Assembly (NCBI GenBank): GCA_002448715.1
Contig: DJZU01000095.1
Coordinates: 22,179-86,178 of the forward strand
Source of the DNA: Candidatus Neomicrothrix sp. UBA6944
GTDB taxonomy: Bacteria > Actinomycetota > Acidimicrobiia > Acidimicrobiales > Poriferisodalaceae
Direction: 5' to 3'
Length of the DNA: 64,000 nucleotides
The notes under the pieces: generated by a model
What the model was told of the DNA's origin: nothing
What the model saw: only the letters and a program-made list of their open reading frames with translations
Databases searched by the model: none
Translations under genes and position numbers: made by a program
In this document: piece after piece, positions 19,711-29,361 of the stretch
Layout: each line of letters opens with the position of its first letter
How positions within the stretch are numbered: the stretch's first letter is position 1

Positions 19711-21006
19711 CTAGACAAGCGTGGCATCGTGGACGACAAGCGCACCGTTGCAAATTGTGTGCCTGACACGTCCATGAACCTCTTTTTGGGGCCAAGGCGT
19801 GTTGGTGCTCTTACTTTGCAAGCCGTCCGCTTCAATCACCCACCGTTCCCTTGGATCAAACACAACGATATTTGCCGGTTTGCCAACGGATAGCGAAGTG
19901 CCATGCGTTGCGATTCCCGCTATAGCGGCAGGTGCGACCGAGAGAAGGGTGATAAATCGCTGCGGGGTCATAAGCCCCCGGGCGACGAACTCATCCCAGA
20001 CGACCGATGCCATTGTCTCGACACCCAACATCCCAGGAGGCGCTTCAGCTAAACCCACCGACTTACTCAAGGGCGAATGGGGTGCGTGGTCCGTCGCTAT
20101 CGCGTCGATCGTGCCATCGAACAAGGCTGTCCTCAGACCCCGTACATCATTGATAGTCCGCAGCGGTGGATTCATTTTGCCAGATGTACCCAACCTCTCT
20201 ACATCCTCCTCCGTGAGGATCAGGTGTTGTGGGGTTACCTCCGCTGTGACACGAAGGCCCGCTGTCTTTGCATCGCGGACCAAGCTGCTAGCGGATGCAG
20301 TCGATATATGAAGTACGTGGTACCGACCGCCGGTTTCTCTCGCGAGATCAATGTCGCGCTCAACGATCACCGTCTCAGCTTCAGGAGGTCGCCCTTTGAG
20401 CCCTAATCGCTCTGCCACCTCGCCTTCGTTAATGATGCCTCCCTCGACCATCTCGGAATGCTCTGCATGTTGGCTTATCACGACATCTGGGAACAAGGAA
20501 CTGGCCTCCAGGGCCCCCCTCATCAAATCGGCGCTGTCAACGACGGTGCCGTCGTCCGTGAAGACGCGCACGCCAGCTTCGTAGAGTGAAGCAAAATCGA
20601 CAAGACGCTCTCCGGCGCGGTCCACGGTAACTGCAGCAGACGTATAAACATCGCAAGGTGTTTGGCGACCGAGCGCAAGCACCTCTGCTACAAGGACCGG
20701 ATTGTCGATTGTAGGGACCGTGTTAGGCATCATGAGGCACGCAGTAACACCGCCCAAGGCCGCACCTGCTGCACCTGATGAGATATCTTCGCTCTCTTCG
20801 CCACCGGGAGTTCTGAAATGGACCTGGATGTCCACGAAACCAGGCATCACTAAGGCATCAGAGGCATCGACTTCTAAACCGCGGCCAGCGAAGGCCCCGT
20901 GCTCGTCAATGTCTGTGATTCTCCCATCGCTTATAAGCAGATCGGCAGGTCGCTCGCCCAAAAGATCCAACAACGAACCACCACTGACAACTAACTCTTC
21001 GGACAT
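19711..21006 (-). CDS. pyrC: Dihydroorotase
   Basis: PGFVDIQVHFRTPG, MPNT, FTDDG, EVTPQHL, KMNPPLR, IATDHAPH. Confidence 0.85.
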   Translation of the reverse strand: MSEELVVSGGSLLDLLGERPADLLISDGRITDIDEHGAFAGRGLEVDASDALVMPGFVDIQVHFRTPGGEESEDISSGAAGAALGGVTACLMMPNTVPTIDNPVLVAEVLALGRQTPCDVYTSAAVTVDRAGERLVDFASLYEAGVRVFTDDGTVVDSADLMRGALEASSLFPDVVISQHAEHSEMVEGGIINEGEVAERLGLKGRPPEAETVIVERDIDLARETGGRYHVLHISTASASSLVRDAKTAGLRVTAEVTPQHLILTEEDVERLGTSGKMNPPLRTINDVRGLRTALFDGTIDAIATDHAPHSPLSKSVGLAEAPPGMLGVETMASVVWDEFVARGLMTPQRFITLLSVAPAAIAGIATHGTSLSVGKPANIVVFDPRERWVIEADGLQSKSTNTPWPQKEVHGRVRHTICNGALVVHDATLV

Positions 21007-21072
21007 GCTCTAACCATAAACGGAGAAACGCAGATTCGGACAGATCATCGACGACCGAGATAACCTTTACCC
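21007..21072. promoter_or_regulatory. Back-to-back leaderless-type promoters
   Basis: TATGGT-6nt-ATG on the minus strand (pyrC) and TAACCT-6nt-GTG on the plus strand (PhyH gene); no SD at the usual spacing. Confidence 0.6.
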
Positions 21073-21960
21073 GTGGCACTAGCTTCTGCGAATCTCAATT
21101 TACCTACAGACAGTGACCTGAACCGCTACGAGCAGCGTGGGTACCTACATTTTGAAGGCTTTATTGATGATGAAACCCTATCGGGCCTCCAACAAGCGGC
21201 CGCCGAATTCATAGAACTTAGCCGAGGTCTTCAAACGTCGAACCGGATGCTTGATCTCGAACCGTCTCATACAGCTACGAATCCCAGGATTCGCCGCCTT
21301 AACTCACCGGTCGAGAACCATGAAGCCTTTCGCAAGTTTGCACTTGAGGGACCGGCAGCTGAATTGGCGTGTGCGGTGCTGGGCGGGCCAGTTCGCTACC
21401 ACCATTCCAAACTCAATTTCAAATGGTCTGACGGGGGCGAGGAAATTAAGTGGCATCAAGACATCCAGTTTTGGCCCCACACCGACTTCACTCCTTTAAC
21501 CATTGGTGTCTATTTGGCTGATGTAGACGACGTCATGGGCCCGATGGGAGTGCTCCCAGGCAGTCATAAGGGCCGACTCTATGACCAGTACCTTGAGTCT
21601 GGCGAATGGGGTGGGGCGATGAACCCCGACGACGTCGCAAAAATCAATTTTAGCGATATGGAGTGGCTTACAGGCCCCTCCGGATCGGTAACTGTCCATA
21701 ACTGCTGCATGATCCATGGTTCAGTTCCCAACAACTCACCAAATCCTCGGCCGCTTCTTCTTCAAACTTACTCAGCGGCCAACTCGTACCCAATTGCGCA
21801 TATCGGTGCAAATGGCGTCACGGGACAACTGAGCGGGACCGTAATTGGCGGCGCTTCAGATCAACGTGTCATTGTGGGCGGTCGGCAAATTGTCGGTGCA
21901 CCTGATTGGTCTCGCGCAGGTGCACCAACCATCTTCGGATCACAACAAGAAGAAGAGTGA
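21073..21960 (+). CDS. Phytanoyl-CoA dioxygenase (PhyH) family Fe(II)/2OG dioxygenase
   Basis: SKLNFK, WHQD, PGSHKG, HGSVPN..R motifs. Confidence 0.9.
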   Translation: MALASANLNLPTDSDLNRYEQRGYLHFEGFIDDETLSGLQQAAAEFIELSRGLQTSNRMLDLEPSHTATNPRIRRLNSPVENHEAFRKFALEGPAAELACAVLGGPVRYHHSKLNFKWSDGGEEIKWHQDIQFWPHTDFTPLTIGVYLADVDDVMGPMGVLPGSHKGRLYDQYLESGEWGGAMNPDDVAKINFSDMEWLTGPSGSVTVHNCCMIHGSVPNNSPNPRPLLLQTYSAANSYPIAHIGANGVTGQLSGTVIGGASDQRVIVGGRQIVGAPDWSRAGAPTIFGSQQEEE

Positions 21961-21967
21961 AACATCG

Positions 21968-23389
21968 ATGCCTCAACCAGATTTTTTTGAGGCTCTAGAC
22001 CGAGTCGTAGCCCGAGAAATAGCTAAGTGCCAAGGGCTTGTGGCCGTCGAGCGCCTGTCGGGGGGCGCGAGCATGGAGACCTACCGAGTGGTGGTCCGAA
22101 CGGACGCCGGAGATCTGCAACTTTGCATGAGGCGCGGTGCTGGCGGTGTTGATCGCGATAACACCAGTGCTGTTGGCCTCGCGGCAGAATCGTTGCTGAT
22201 GCGAACTGCACGCGCTCATGGGGTCGTTGAGCCTGAGGTCTATTACGACCTCAAGGAGGAAGACGGCGTTGGGGTGGGTTTCCTCATGGAGTGGCTTGAG
22301 GGGGAAACATTAGGCTCGCGTATCGTCCGCTCCCCCGAACTCGAAAAAGTACGTCCCTTCTTGGCGGAGCAATGTGGACGCGAATTGGCAAAAATTCATG
22401 CCATTGACCTGGATCAAACAGGCCTGAGAAATCGCCTACCGACCCTGTCTCCAGGTCAGTACTTAGAGCAAACCTGGGATCGTTACAAAGAATGGGACAC
22501 GGCACAGCCGATGATTGATTTCACTGGCGCGTGGCTGAGGGAGCATCTCCCCAAGCAACACGATGAAGCATTGGTGCATAACGACTTTCGTAACGGAAAC
22601 CTGATGATTGATGGAGACGAAGGACTCATTGCGGTTCTTGACTGGGAGACATCCCATATCGGCGACCCGATACGCGATCTGGGCTGGATTTGCACGAACT
22701 CTTGGCGTTTCGGTCAGCGCGATTTGGAAGTAGGCGGGTTTGGCGCTGTTGATGAACTGATATTCGGCTACGAGGACGAGAGCGGCAAGTCCATCGATCG
22801 TGACACCCTCAAGTTTTGGGAGGTATTCGGCAGCTTTTGGTGGGCCATCGGTTGCCTTGGTATGACTGACCAATACCGCAATGGACCCGATGCAACCGTT
22901 GAACGGCCAGGTATAGGGAGACGGTCTTCGGAGTGCCAAGTTGATTGCATTAACTTGCTCATTCCGGGACCTGTAGATCTGATCGCACCGGCCGCCCCGA
23001 GCCGCCCATCAGACATGCCGCGCGTTGACGAGCTGCTAGCCAGCGTTAGGGACTTTCTTCACGGTGACGTGATGTCGTCCACCACAGGCCGAACTAACTT
23101 TCTGGCTCGGGTTGCAGGCAACAGTCTCGACATCGTGGATCGCGAACTTGCTATTGGACCAGAGTTGCGTCGGCGAGAGGAAGACCGCTTGACTAAGTTG
23201 CTGCAGCGCTCGGGATGCCTTGACGATCTTCGCTGGTGGCTAGTTGAGGCTTTACGCGATGGATCGATGCCACTCGACAACGATGACCTTCAGCAATATT
23301 TGCGCGAGTCGGTGGTTAATCAGGTCTCGATCGACCAACCCAAATATTCGGGCTTCCGTTTCGCGGCAAAGACCGCCGAACAGCGCTAG
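21968..23389 (+). CDS. APH-family phosphotransferase with C-terminal DUF6285/LvaB-like domain
   Basis: LSGGASMET, HNDFRNGN, LDWE, GDPIRDLGW; C-terminal DELLASVRDFL..ARVAGNSLDIVDRE..IDQPKY. Confidence 0.85.
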   Translation: MPQPDFFEALDRVVAREIAKCQGLVAVERLSGGASMETYRVVVRTDAGDLQLCMRRGAGGVDRDNTSAVGLAAESLLMRTARAHGVVEPEVYYDLKEEDGVGVGFLMEWLEGETLGSRIVRSPELEKVRPFLAEQCGRELAKIHAIDLDQTGLRNRLPTLSPGQYLEQTWDRYKEWDTAQPMIDFTGAWLREHLPKQHDEALVHNDFRNGNLMIDGDEGLIAVLDWETSHIGDPIRDLGWICTNSWRFGQRDLEVGGFGAVDELIFGYEDESGKSIDRDTLKFWEVFGSFWWAIGCLGMTDQYRNGPDATVERPGIGRRSSECQVDCINLLIPGPVDLIAPAAPSRPSDMPRVDELLASVRDFLHGDVMSSTTGRTNFLARVAGNSLDIVDRELAIGPELRRREEDRLTKLLQRSGCLDDLRWWLVEALRDGSMPLDNDDLQQYLRESVVNQVSIDQPKYSGFRFAAKTAEQR

Positions 23390-23398
23390 CGTTTTGCC

Positions 23399-23860
23399 AT
23401 GACTGTTCACGACATGCACCTAGAGATCTCAACAAACATCAAGGCTTCGCCACACGACGTCTATTCGCTAGTCAGCGACTTAGCTCGAATGGGTGAGTGG
23501 AGCACGGAAAATATCGGTGGCGAATGGGTGAGTGGGAACCCCGGCCAGGTAGGTTCACGTTTTTTGGGGAACAACCGAATCAAAACTTTCGAGTGGTCAG
23601 TGCCCGTTGAGATTACGATAGCCAATCCTGGGGAGTGTTTTGAGTTCGTCGCCGCACCCGATGATGGGCCCTTTGTTCGCTGGACCTTTCGTATGGCCGA
23701 AGTACAGTCAGGTACCGAGCTAACCGAGATCTGGGACGTAATGGCGTTGCCGCCTTCGCTAGCAAAGTTCGACGCGGAAGGTCTAGCGGCCCGCAAGGTT
23801 GCAGTTCAAGGAACGATTGAAGCAACCCTCGAAGGAATAAGGGTAAGCGCAGAGCAATGA
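23399..23860 (+). CDS. SRPBCC (polyketide cyclase-like) family protein
   Basis: VYSLVSDLARMGEWSTE, VGSRFLGNN, WTF..GTELTE. Confidence 0.85.
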   Translation: MTVHDMHLEISTNIKASPHDVYSLVSDLARMGEWSTENIGGEWVSGNPGQVGSRFLGNNRIKTFEWSVPVEITIANPGECFEFVAAPDDGPFVRWTFRMAEVQSGTELTEIWDVMALPPSLAKFDAEGLAARKVAVQGTIEATLEGIRVSAEQ

Positions 23861-25116
23861 CCGGCAAAGGCGCTAGCGCGGTAGCCGAAGCCCAAGACTG
23901 GCTTCAAACTCACCCCCCGCAGGGCAACAGAAAGGCCTGGCTTGAATCGCTTGTAGATTCTGGCTGGGCAGCACCAAGCTGGCCCGCCGAATGGTACGGG
24001 AGGGGCTTATCAGCAGAAGATGCCCGGTCTACAGACGCCGTGTTTCGCGCCGCGGAATTCAACAACGAGTCCCCCGAGGAGAGCAGCTCAGCCGATTCCG
24101 TTTTGGGTCGGGGCCTCCAAGGATGGGGCCAAGACGTAGTGAACTTATGGGCCGCGACCATCGCGTCTCACGCGAGCGATGAACTCAAATCAGAGGTTCT
24201 CCGGGGGCTCATGCTCGGGGAGATATCGATGTGTCTCTTGTACAGCGAGCCTGGAGCAGGGTCCGACCTCGCAAGCGTAAGGACTAGTGCTGTACGCGAC
24301 GGTGATGAGTGGATTATCAACGGTCAGAAGGTCTGGACGTCGGGCGGGCGCCACGCGGACTACGCATTTCTCATAGCTCGAACAGACCTCGATCAACCCA
24401 AACATCGTGGCTTGTCGTTTTTTCTTATCCCCATGAAGCAGGAGGGCGTCGAAGTCCGCCCTCTTCGCCAGGCAACCGGCGACTCCCGATTCAATGAAGT
24501 ATTCCTTACTGATGCACGGGTATCAAAGGCAAATATGCTTGGCGAACTTAACGCGGGTTGGTGGGTTTTGACGTCGGCCTTGGCTTACGAACGATCCGCG
24601 ATGGGTGCAACCCAAGAGCGAACTTCCTCGCAAGCCCAGGACCAAAATCGATCGGCTGCGAGCGAGGCCCCTGCACCTGTACCCGACCTATCGTTACAAG
24701 CCCTTGCTCAAGAACGTGGCAAGAACACAGACCAGCGCCTTCGACAGAACCTCATGATCCTCCACTCGTGGCGAGTGCTCAATGAGTGGAACAACCGTCG
24801 CGCCAAGGCTGCGATAGAACAAGGAACGATGACGCCTGTCGTGTCCCTCGGGAAGCTGGCTATGTCACGGATGCTGCACTATGCCGGACGCCTTCAGGCT
24901 GAAATCCTCGGGCCGGAAGCCACTCTCGGTGCGTCAGCATCCCCTGCCGCTGGTGATGCTACGTATTCAATGTTGAACGCCTACTTCACATCCATAGGCG
25001 GGGGCACAGACCAGATACAACGCAATATCATTGGTGAAAGAATCCTGGGGCTCCCCAAGGAGCCCGAAGTCGATAAGGCTCTCTCATTTCGAGAGGTGAT
25101 TAACGGACAGCGCTAG
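23857..25116 (+). CDS. Acyl-CoA dehydrogenase family protein
   Basis: YSEPGAGSDLAS, INGQKVWTS, FNEVF, LAYER, IGGGTDQIQRNII. Confidence 0.93.
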   Translation: MTGKGASAVAEAQDWLQTHPPQGNRKAWLESLVDSGWAAPSWPAEWYGRGLSAEDARSTDAVFRAAEFNNESPEESSSADSVLGRGLQGWGQDVVNLWAATIASHASDELKSEVLRGLMLGEISMCLLYSEPGAGSDLASVRTSAVRDGDEWIINGQKVWTSGGRHADYAFLIARTDLDQPKHRGLSFFLIPMKQEGVEVRPLRQATGDSRFNEVFLTDARVSKANMLGELNAGWWVLTSALAYERSAMGATQERTSSQAQDQNRSAASEAPAPVPDLSLQALAQERGKNTDQRLRQNLMILHSWRVLNEWNNRRAKAAIEQGTMTPVVSLGKLAMSRMLHYAGRLQAEILGPEATLGASASPAAGDATYSMLNAYFTSIGGGTDQIQRNIIGERILGLPKEPEVDKALSFREVINGQR

Positions 25117-25182
25117 GACCGGATTGGAGAACTTTTCTGATTCAACTCCCTGGCTTGCCTTGAGTCCGATACGGTTCGCTAC

Positions 25183-25998
25183 GTGCCCGACAAGTATTTC
25201 GAAATCGGCGATACAGCGATATTGGTGCATCACCGGGGAGTCACGACACTTCCCGGATGCCCTCCACTGCTAACCGACGGACAGGCCGTGCTGTTCCTCC
25301 ACGATGCCGGTGCCAATGGGAACTCGTTCAGCGTAGTGATGGACCACTTGGAAGGGTCCCATTCTCCCATAAGCCTAGACTTTCCGGGACACGGTCGAAG
25401 CGGCTCCCTTGACAGTCTGACCTCGATATCTGCCTTCGCCGAATACGCTGAAAGCCTCATACTCAGCTGGGACGCGGGCGCTTTGTTGGTCGTGGGTGAA
25501 GGGCTCGGCGCAGCGGTCGGTCTGGAACTTTCTCGGCGCTCGCACCTCGACATATCGGGCCTCATATGCGTTGGCGCGGTGGGGGTGGCGGTGAAACTGG
25601 GCGATGAAATCGCCGAACTCGAATCGATCACTGCGGGGAAGGCGCGTCGTAATTTCGATACCAGCGGCTACGGCCCAGAGCCAGATGAATCAGTTCTCAA
25701 AGAGGCATTCTCCCAGTGGGTAAAGACCGATCCACGCGCGACTCTTGGAGCCCGTAAAGCACAGCACAAGTGGAACGAAAGCATTGACCTCGAGGGAGTT
25801 TCTACGCCAACGGTTGTCGTGATCGGAGAACACGCTAGTAGCACGTCACGTGAAGCAAGCCTGCAGCTTGCCCAATCGCTTCCAAATGCGACCGTGGAAA
25901 CTCTTGCCGCTGCAGGCAATCATGGGCCCATAGAGCAACCGAAGGCGTTCGCTTCTTTAATTAACCGAACCGTGGAGGAGGTGGGGCACTCATCATGA
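25183..25998 (+). CDS. Alpha/beta-hydrolase fold protein lacking the nucleophile Ser
   Basis: LDFPGHGRS; elbow reads VGEGLG instead of GxSxG; AGNHGPIEQP at the His site. Confidence 0.8.
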   Translation: MPDKYFEIGDTAILVHHRGVTTLPGCPPLLTDGQAVLFLHDAGANGNSFSVVMDHLEGSHSPISLDFPGHGRSGSLDSLTSISAFAEYAESLILSWDAGALLVVGEGLGAAVGLELSRRSHLDISGLICVGAVGVAVKLGDEIAELESITAGKARRNFDTSGYGPEPDESVLKEAFSQWVKTDPRATLGARKAQHKWNESIDLEGVSTPTVVVIGEHASSTSREASLQLAQSLPNATVETLAAAGNHGPIEQPKAFASLINRTVEEVGHSS

Positions 25999-27167
25999 GC
26001 GAAATCCCATTTCCGGAAACGGCGGCGATCGCTGGCGTCTACGAACACCCCAGTCGCTTCTCACCCAACAAAACCGAGTTCCAGATCATGGCGGAATGCG
26101 CCAAGGGCGCCCTTGAGGACGCAGGTGTGACACGCTCGGAGGTCGACGGACTATTTGGCGCCTCTATGTCTATGGGTCTTATGGGAATTGTCGACTTGGC
26201 CGAATATCTTGATCTACGCCCAGACTATTTGGATGGCACCAATATTGGGGGCTCGTCCTTTGTCGCCCACGTAACCCATGCCGCAGCAGCAATTCACGCT
26301 GGCCTCTGCAATGTCGCCTTAGTTCTTTATGGCTCAACAGCTGCATCAAATGCAATGGCGATCGGCACAGGCGGGTCTGGCGGTTCGCGTAATCCCGACA
26401 CTGCATTCTCCAGTCCGTACGGCATGACGACTGTCGGCAGTTATGCCATGTACGCAAATCTGCATATGAGCACCTATGGAACAACTAGCGAACAACTTGC
26501 TGAAATTGCCATAACAATGAGGAGGCACGCTGGTCTGAATCCACACGCCAAAATGCGCTCCCCAATCACTGTCGACGATGTTTTGGGAAGTCGCATGATC
26601 TCCCGACCACTGCATCTGCTGGACTGTTGCATCATCAGCGACGGCGGCGGCGCTGTGGTTGTTACGTCTCTGGAACGGGCTAAAGATCTTCCAAAACCTC
26701 CGGTTCGTATTCTTGGGTGTGGCGAAGCGGCGCAACATCAAGGAGTGGGCCGGACCGACCTCCTGACCATCGCGGCCAAACAGTCCGGTGATACAGCGTT
26801 CAATATGGCAGGGGTTGAACGTTCCGACATCGACCTGGCAATGATCTACGACTCATTCACCATCACAGTTCTCGCCACCCTGGAAAACCTCGGGTTTTGT
26901 GAGCGGGGCGCGGGAGGGGACTTCGTCTCAGGGGGAGGAATCAGCCTTGACGGCGTACTCCCCGTGAACCCAGATGGTGGTGGCCTTTCCTCCAACCATC
27001 CTGGGATGCGCGGTATTTTCTTAGTTATTGAAGCTGTTAAACAACTCCGTCAAGAATGTGGCGATCGTCAGGTAAAAAGTCCGGAACTAGCGCTCGCTCA
27101 CGGTACAGGCGGCACTATTGGCGACAAGCACAGCGGTGCGACCTTGATCCTCGGAGTCGGTAAATGA
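25995..27167 (+). CDS. SCP-x-type thiolase-like protein without the catalytic Cys (Ltp2-like)
   Basis: NIGGSSF, LDCCIISDGGGAVVV, IYDSFT, VNPDGGGLSSNHPG, EAVKQLR. Confidence 0.88.
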   Translation: MSEIPFPETAAIAGVYEHPSRFSPNKTEFQIMAECAKGALEDAGVTRSEVDGLFGASMSMGLMGIVDLAEYLDLRPDYLDGTNIGGSSFVAHVTHAAAAIHAGLCNVALVLYGSTAASNAMAIGTGGSGGSRNPDTAFSSPYGMTTVGSYAMYANLHMSTYGTTSEQLAEIAITMRRHAGLNPHAKMRSPITVDDVLGSRMISRPLHLLDCCIISDGGGAVVVTSLERAKDLPKPPVRILGCGEAAQHQGVGRTDLLTIAAKQSGDTAFNMAGVERSDIDLAMIYDSFTITVLATLENLGFCERGAGGDFVSGGGISLDGVLPVNPDGGGLSSNHPGMRGIFLVIEAVKQLRQECGDRQVKSPELALAHGTGGTIGDKHSGATLILGVGK

Positions 27168-27586
27168 ACGAGATAAAGCATCCACTGCCCTACGCGAGTT
27201 GGGAAACACGCGGCTATTGGGAGGGCGCTGGGCGCGGCGAACTTGTTCTTCAGCGGTGCCTGCAGTGTGGCCTTGTTCAACACCGACCCCGCGGCATCTG
27301 TGTGCACTGCCTAGAAAGCGGCGGTTTGGAGCACTTTGTTGCTAGCGGCAACGGCGAGGTATACACCTTCACCGTGACCGAACAAAACCAAGCTCGGGGT
27401 TTTGCGGAAGCATGCCCATACGTGATGGCCTACGTCACTCTTGACGAGGGGCCCCGAATTTTGACAGTAATTACAGACTGCGCAGCAGACGATGTCGCTG
27501 TCGGAATCAGAGTCAAAGCTCACTTCGTTGACCAAGAACGCGATGACGGCGAACCGTTCGCTGTACCGGTATTTCGTCTCGATTGA
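27164..27586 (+). CDS. DUF35 Zn-ribbon/OB-fold protein
   Basis: YWEG..LQRCLQCG..PRGICVHC, GEVYTFT, LDEGPR; ATGA overlap with the thiolase gene. Confidence 0.92.
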   Translation: MNEIKHPLPYASWETRGYWEGAGRGELVLQRCLQCGLVQHRPRGICVHCLESGGLEHFVASGNGEVYTFTVTEQNQARGFAEACPYVMAYVTLDEGPRILTVITDCAADDVAVGIRVKAHFVDQERDDGEPFAVPVFRLD

Positions 27587-27596
27587 CCTAAACAAG

Positions 27597-28241
27597 ATGC
27601 GTCTAGATCTACACACCCACTCAATAAAGTCTGATGACGGACGAGCAAAAGTTGAAAATTACTGCAAGTGGATTCAAAAGAAGCAGCTAGCTCTTGACGG
27701 ATTCGTACTTACAGAGCACAGGCAATTTGATGCCGACTCTGACTATCGCCACTTGGAAGACGAGTATGGCCTTGTCATTATGAAAGCTAGTGAAGTAGAA
27801 ACTGACTTTGGACACGTGCTCGTCTTCGGAGTTAACGACGACCTGTTAGCCGCAATGGATTTCACTGACATTCGGTTACCCATTGAGACGGTCCTTGATG
27901 AGAGTCGCAAGGCCGGCGCATTTGCAGCACCCTGTCACCCCGGCCGTAAACGAGTTGGCTTATTTGCTCACTACGAAGATCGCGGGATCGTAGAAGGTGT
28001 TGACACCGTTGAGGTTCTCAACGGAGGGTCAATACCAGGTGAGGACGAACTATCAATAGAAATGGCGGAACGCCTCGGTTATCGGGGATTTGGAGGGAGT
28101 GATAGTCACGTGGTGAGCCGCATTGGATTCTGCGCCACCGATTTCCCAAACCAACAAATTACCGATATGGGAACCCTGGTCGATGCTCTATACGGTGGTA
28201 ACTTCAGCGCCATTTCGATGCGCCCTAGGAGCGGCGATTAG
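27597..28241 (+). CDS. PHP-domain metal-dependent phosphoesterase
   Basis: DLHTHS, LTEH, GHVL, CHP, GGSDSH. Confidence 0.88.
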   Translation: MRLDLHTHSIKSDDGRAKVENYCKWIQKKQLALDGFVLTEHRQFDADSDYRHLEDEYGLVIMKASEVETDFGHVLVFGVNDDLLAAMDFTDIRLPIETVLDESRKAGAFAAPCHPGRKRVGLFAHYEDRGIVEGVDTVEVLNGGSIPGEDELSIEMAERLGYRGFGGSDSHVVSRIGFCATDFPNQQITDMGTLVDALYGGNFSAISMRPRSGD

Positions 28242-29299
28242 GCGACATGAGCCACCGTCCGCCTCACGAGGTCAGACAACCGCAGTTCGGCTACCCCACT
28301 CAAGCTGGTCTGCACGCGACCACCCCAAGGCCCCGTCCACTCCTCCGGTACTTCTCTACCTGTCAGGCCCCAAAGTCCGCCCACCGTTGCGCCGTTACAG
28401 TCGGTGTCCCAACCGGCAGAGACAGTGTCCCCTATGGCGATACTGAAATTCTCAGCCCCTCGAGCCAAGCCCCACGCGACCAGAGCCAGGTTGTTTACCG
28501 TATGCACTGGTGACAATCCCTCGTAAGCGGCGTGGATGCGAGTCGCATTTGGACTTGATGCTTCCGCGAGGCCAAGGGCTATGGCTTGCGAACACTCAGA
28601 CCCGGCTGGGAGAAAGTCGGCCGCGCTCTCAAGCGCCTCCTTAATCTCCATGCCGCCGCCTATCAAGGCTCCAACAACTGCTATCGCGACCGCACCATAA
28701 ACACCTTCTCCTCGGTGACTCAAAGATGCATCTCGTTCGGCCATGTTCGCAGCGCGCTCTGGGTCCCCTGGGTTCACCCACCCGTAAAGATCTGTACGGA
28801 TTTGGGCTCCAATCCAATCGTTGAAGGGATTGTCGCTGCACTCCCCCAGCTCCATTTTAGGCTCGGCACCATATGGAAAACGCATACCAGCGAACGCTAG
28901 AAGCTTTGCGTAAGCCTCACGTTCAGCTGTAAAGACCATCGCCCCTGGCAAATAACGAAGCCAGATCCGCCCAACATCCGCGGTGGTGAAGTCAGGACCG
29001 TATTCTTCGAGGAGAAGAAGTGAAATCACCGTGTAGTTGATGTCATCGTCCGGTATGGCCGCCGACATCATGTCTCGACATGCAGCGGGGTGTTCTACGT
29101 GGTCATCGACGTCAGGCGCAAACGGTATGTACTCTCGCACCGGCCAAGCCTTGACCCGATCGAGGTAATTCTCGAGGTTCGCTGGACCCTTTCGCATCGA
29201 CATCTGTTCGATTGGCTTGCCCAGCATGCAGCCAGTAACCCTGCCGGCCCAGGCCTGTGCGATACGTTGCTCATGATCGTTGACTAGTGGGACACCCAT
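28238..29299 (-). CDS. ADP-ribosylglycohydrolase family protein (start uncertain, 29299 or 29311)
   Basis: GCMLGKPIE, DDDINYT, FTAER, WIGAQIR, GWDTDCNGATVG. Confidence 0.88.
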   Translation of the reverse strand: MGVPLVNDHEQRIAQAWAGRVTGCMLGKPIEQMSMRKGPANLENYLDRVKAWPVREYIPFAPDVDDHVEHPAACRDMMSAAIPDDDINYTVISLLLLEEYGPDFTTADVGRIWLRYLPGAMVFTAEREAYAKLLAFAGMRFPYGAEPKMELGECSDNPFNDWIGAQIRTDLYGWVNPGDPERAANMAERDASLSHRGEGVYGAVAIAVVGALIGGGMEIKEALESAADFLPAGSECSQAIALGLAEASSPNATRIHAAYEGLSPVHTVNNLALVAWGLARGAENFSIAIGDTVSAGWDTDCNGATVGGLWGLTGREVPEEWTGPWGGRVQTSLSGVAELRLSDLVRRTVAHVA

Positions 29300-29361
29300 G
29301 GGGTTAATCATTACCTGATTCAACGAAATTTGTCGTTGAGTGTTACCTTTCGGCTGGGTAC

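Noticed and set aside
20810..20840. Dihydroorotase QVH instead of HxH as a sign of inactivity
   Set aside because: QVHFR variants occur in other annotated dihydroorotases as far as I recall, and the remaining ligand motifs are intact.
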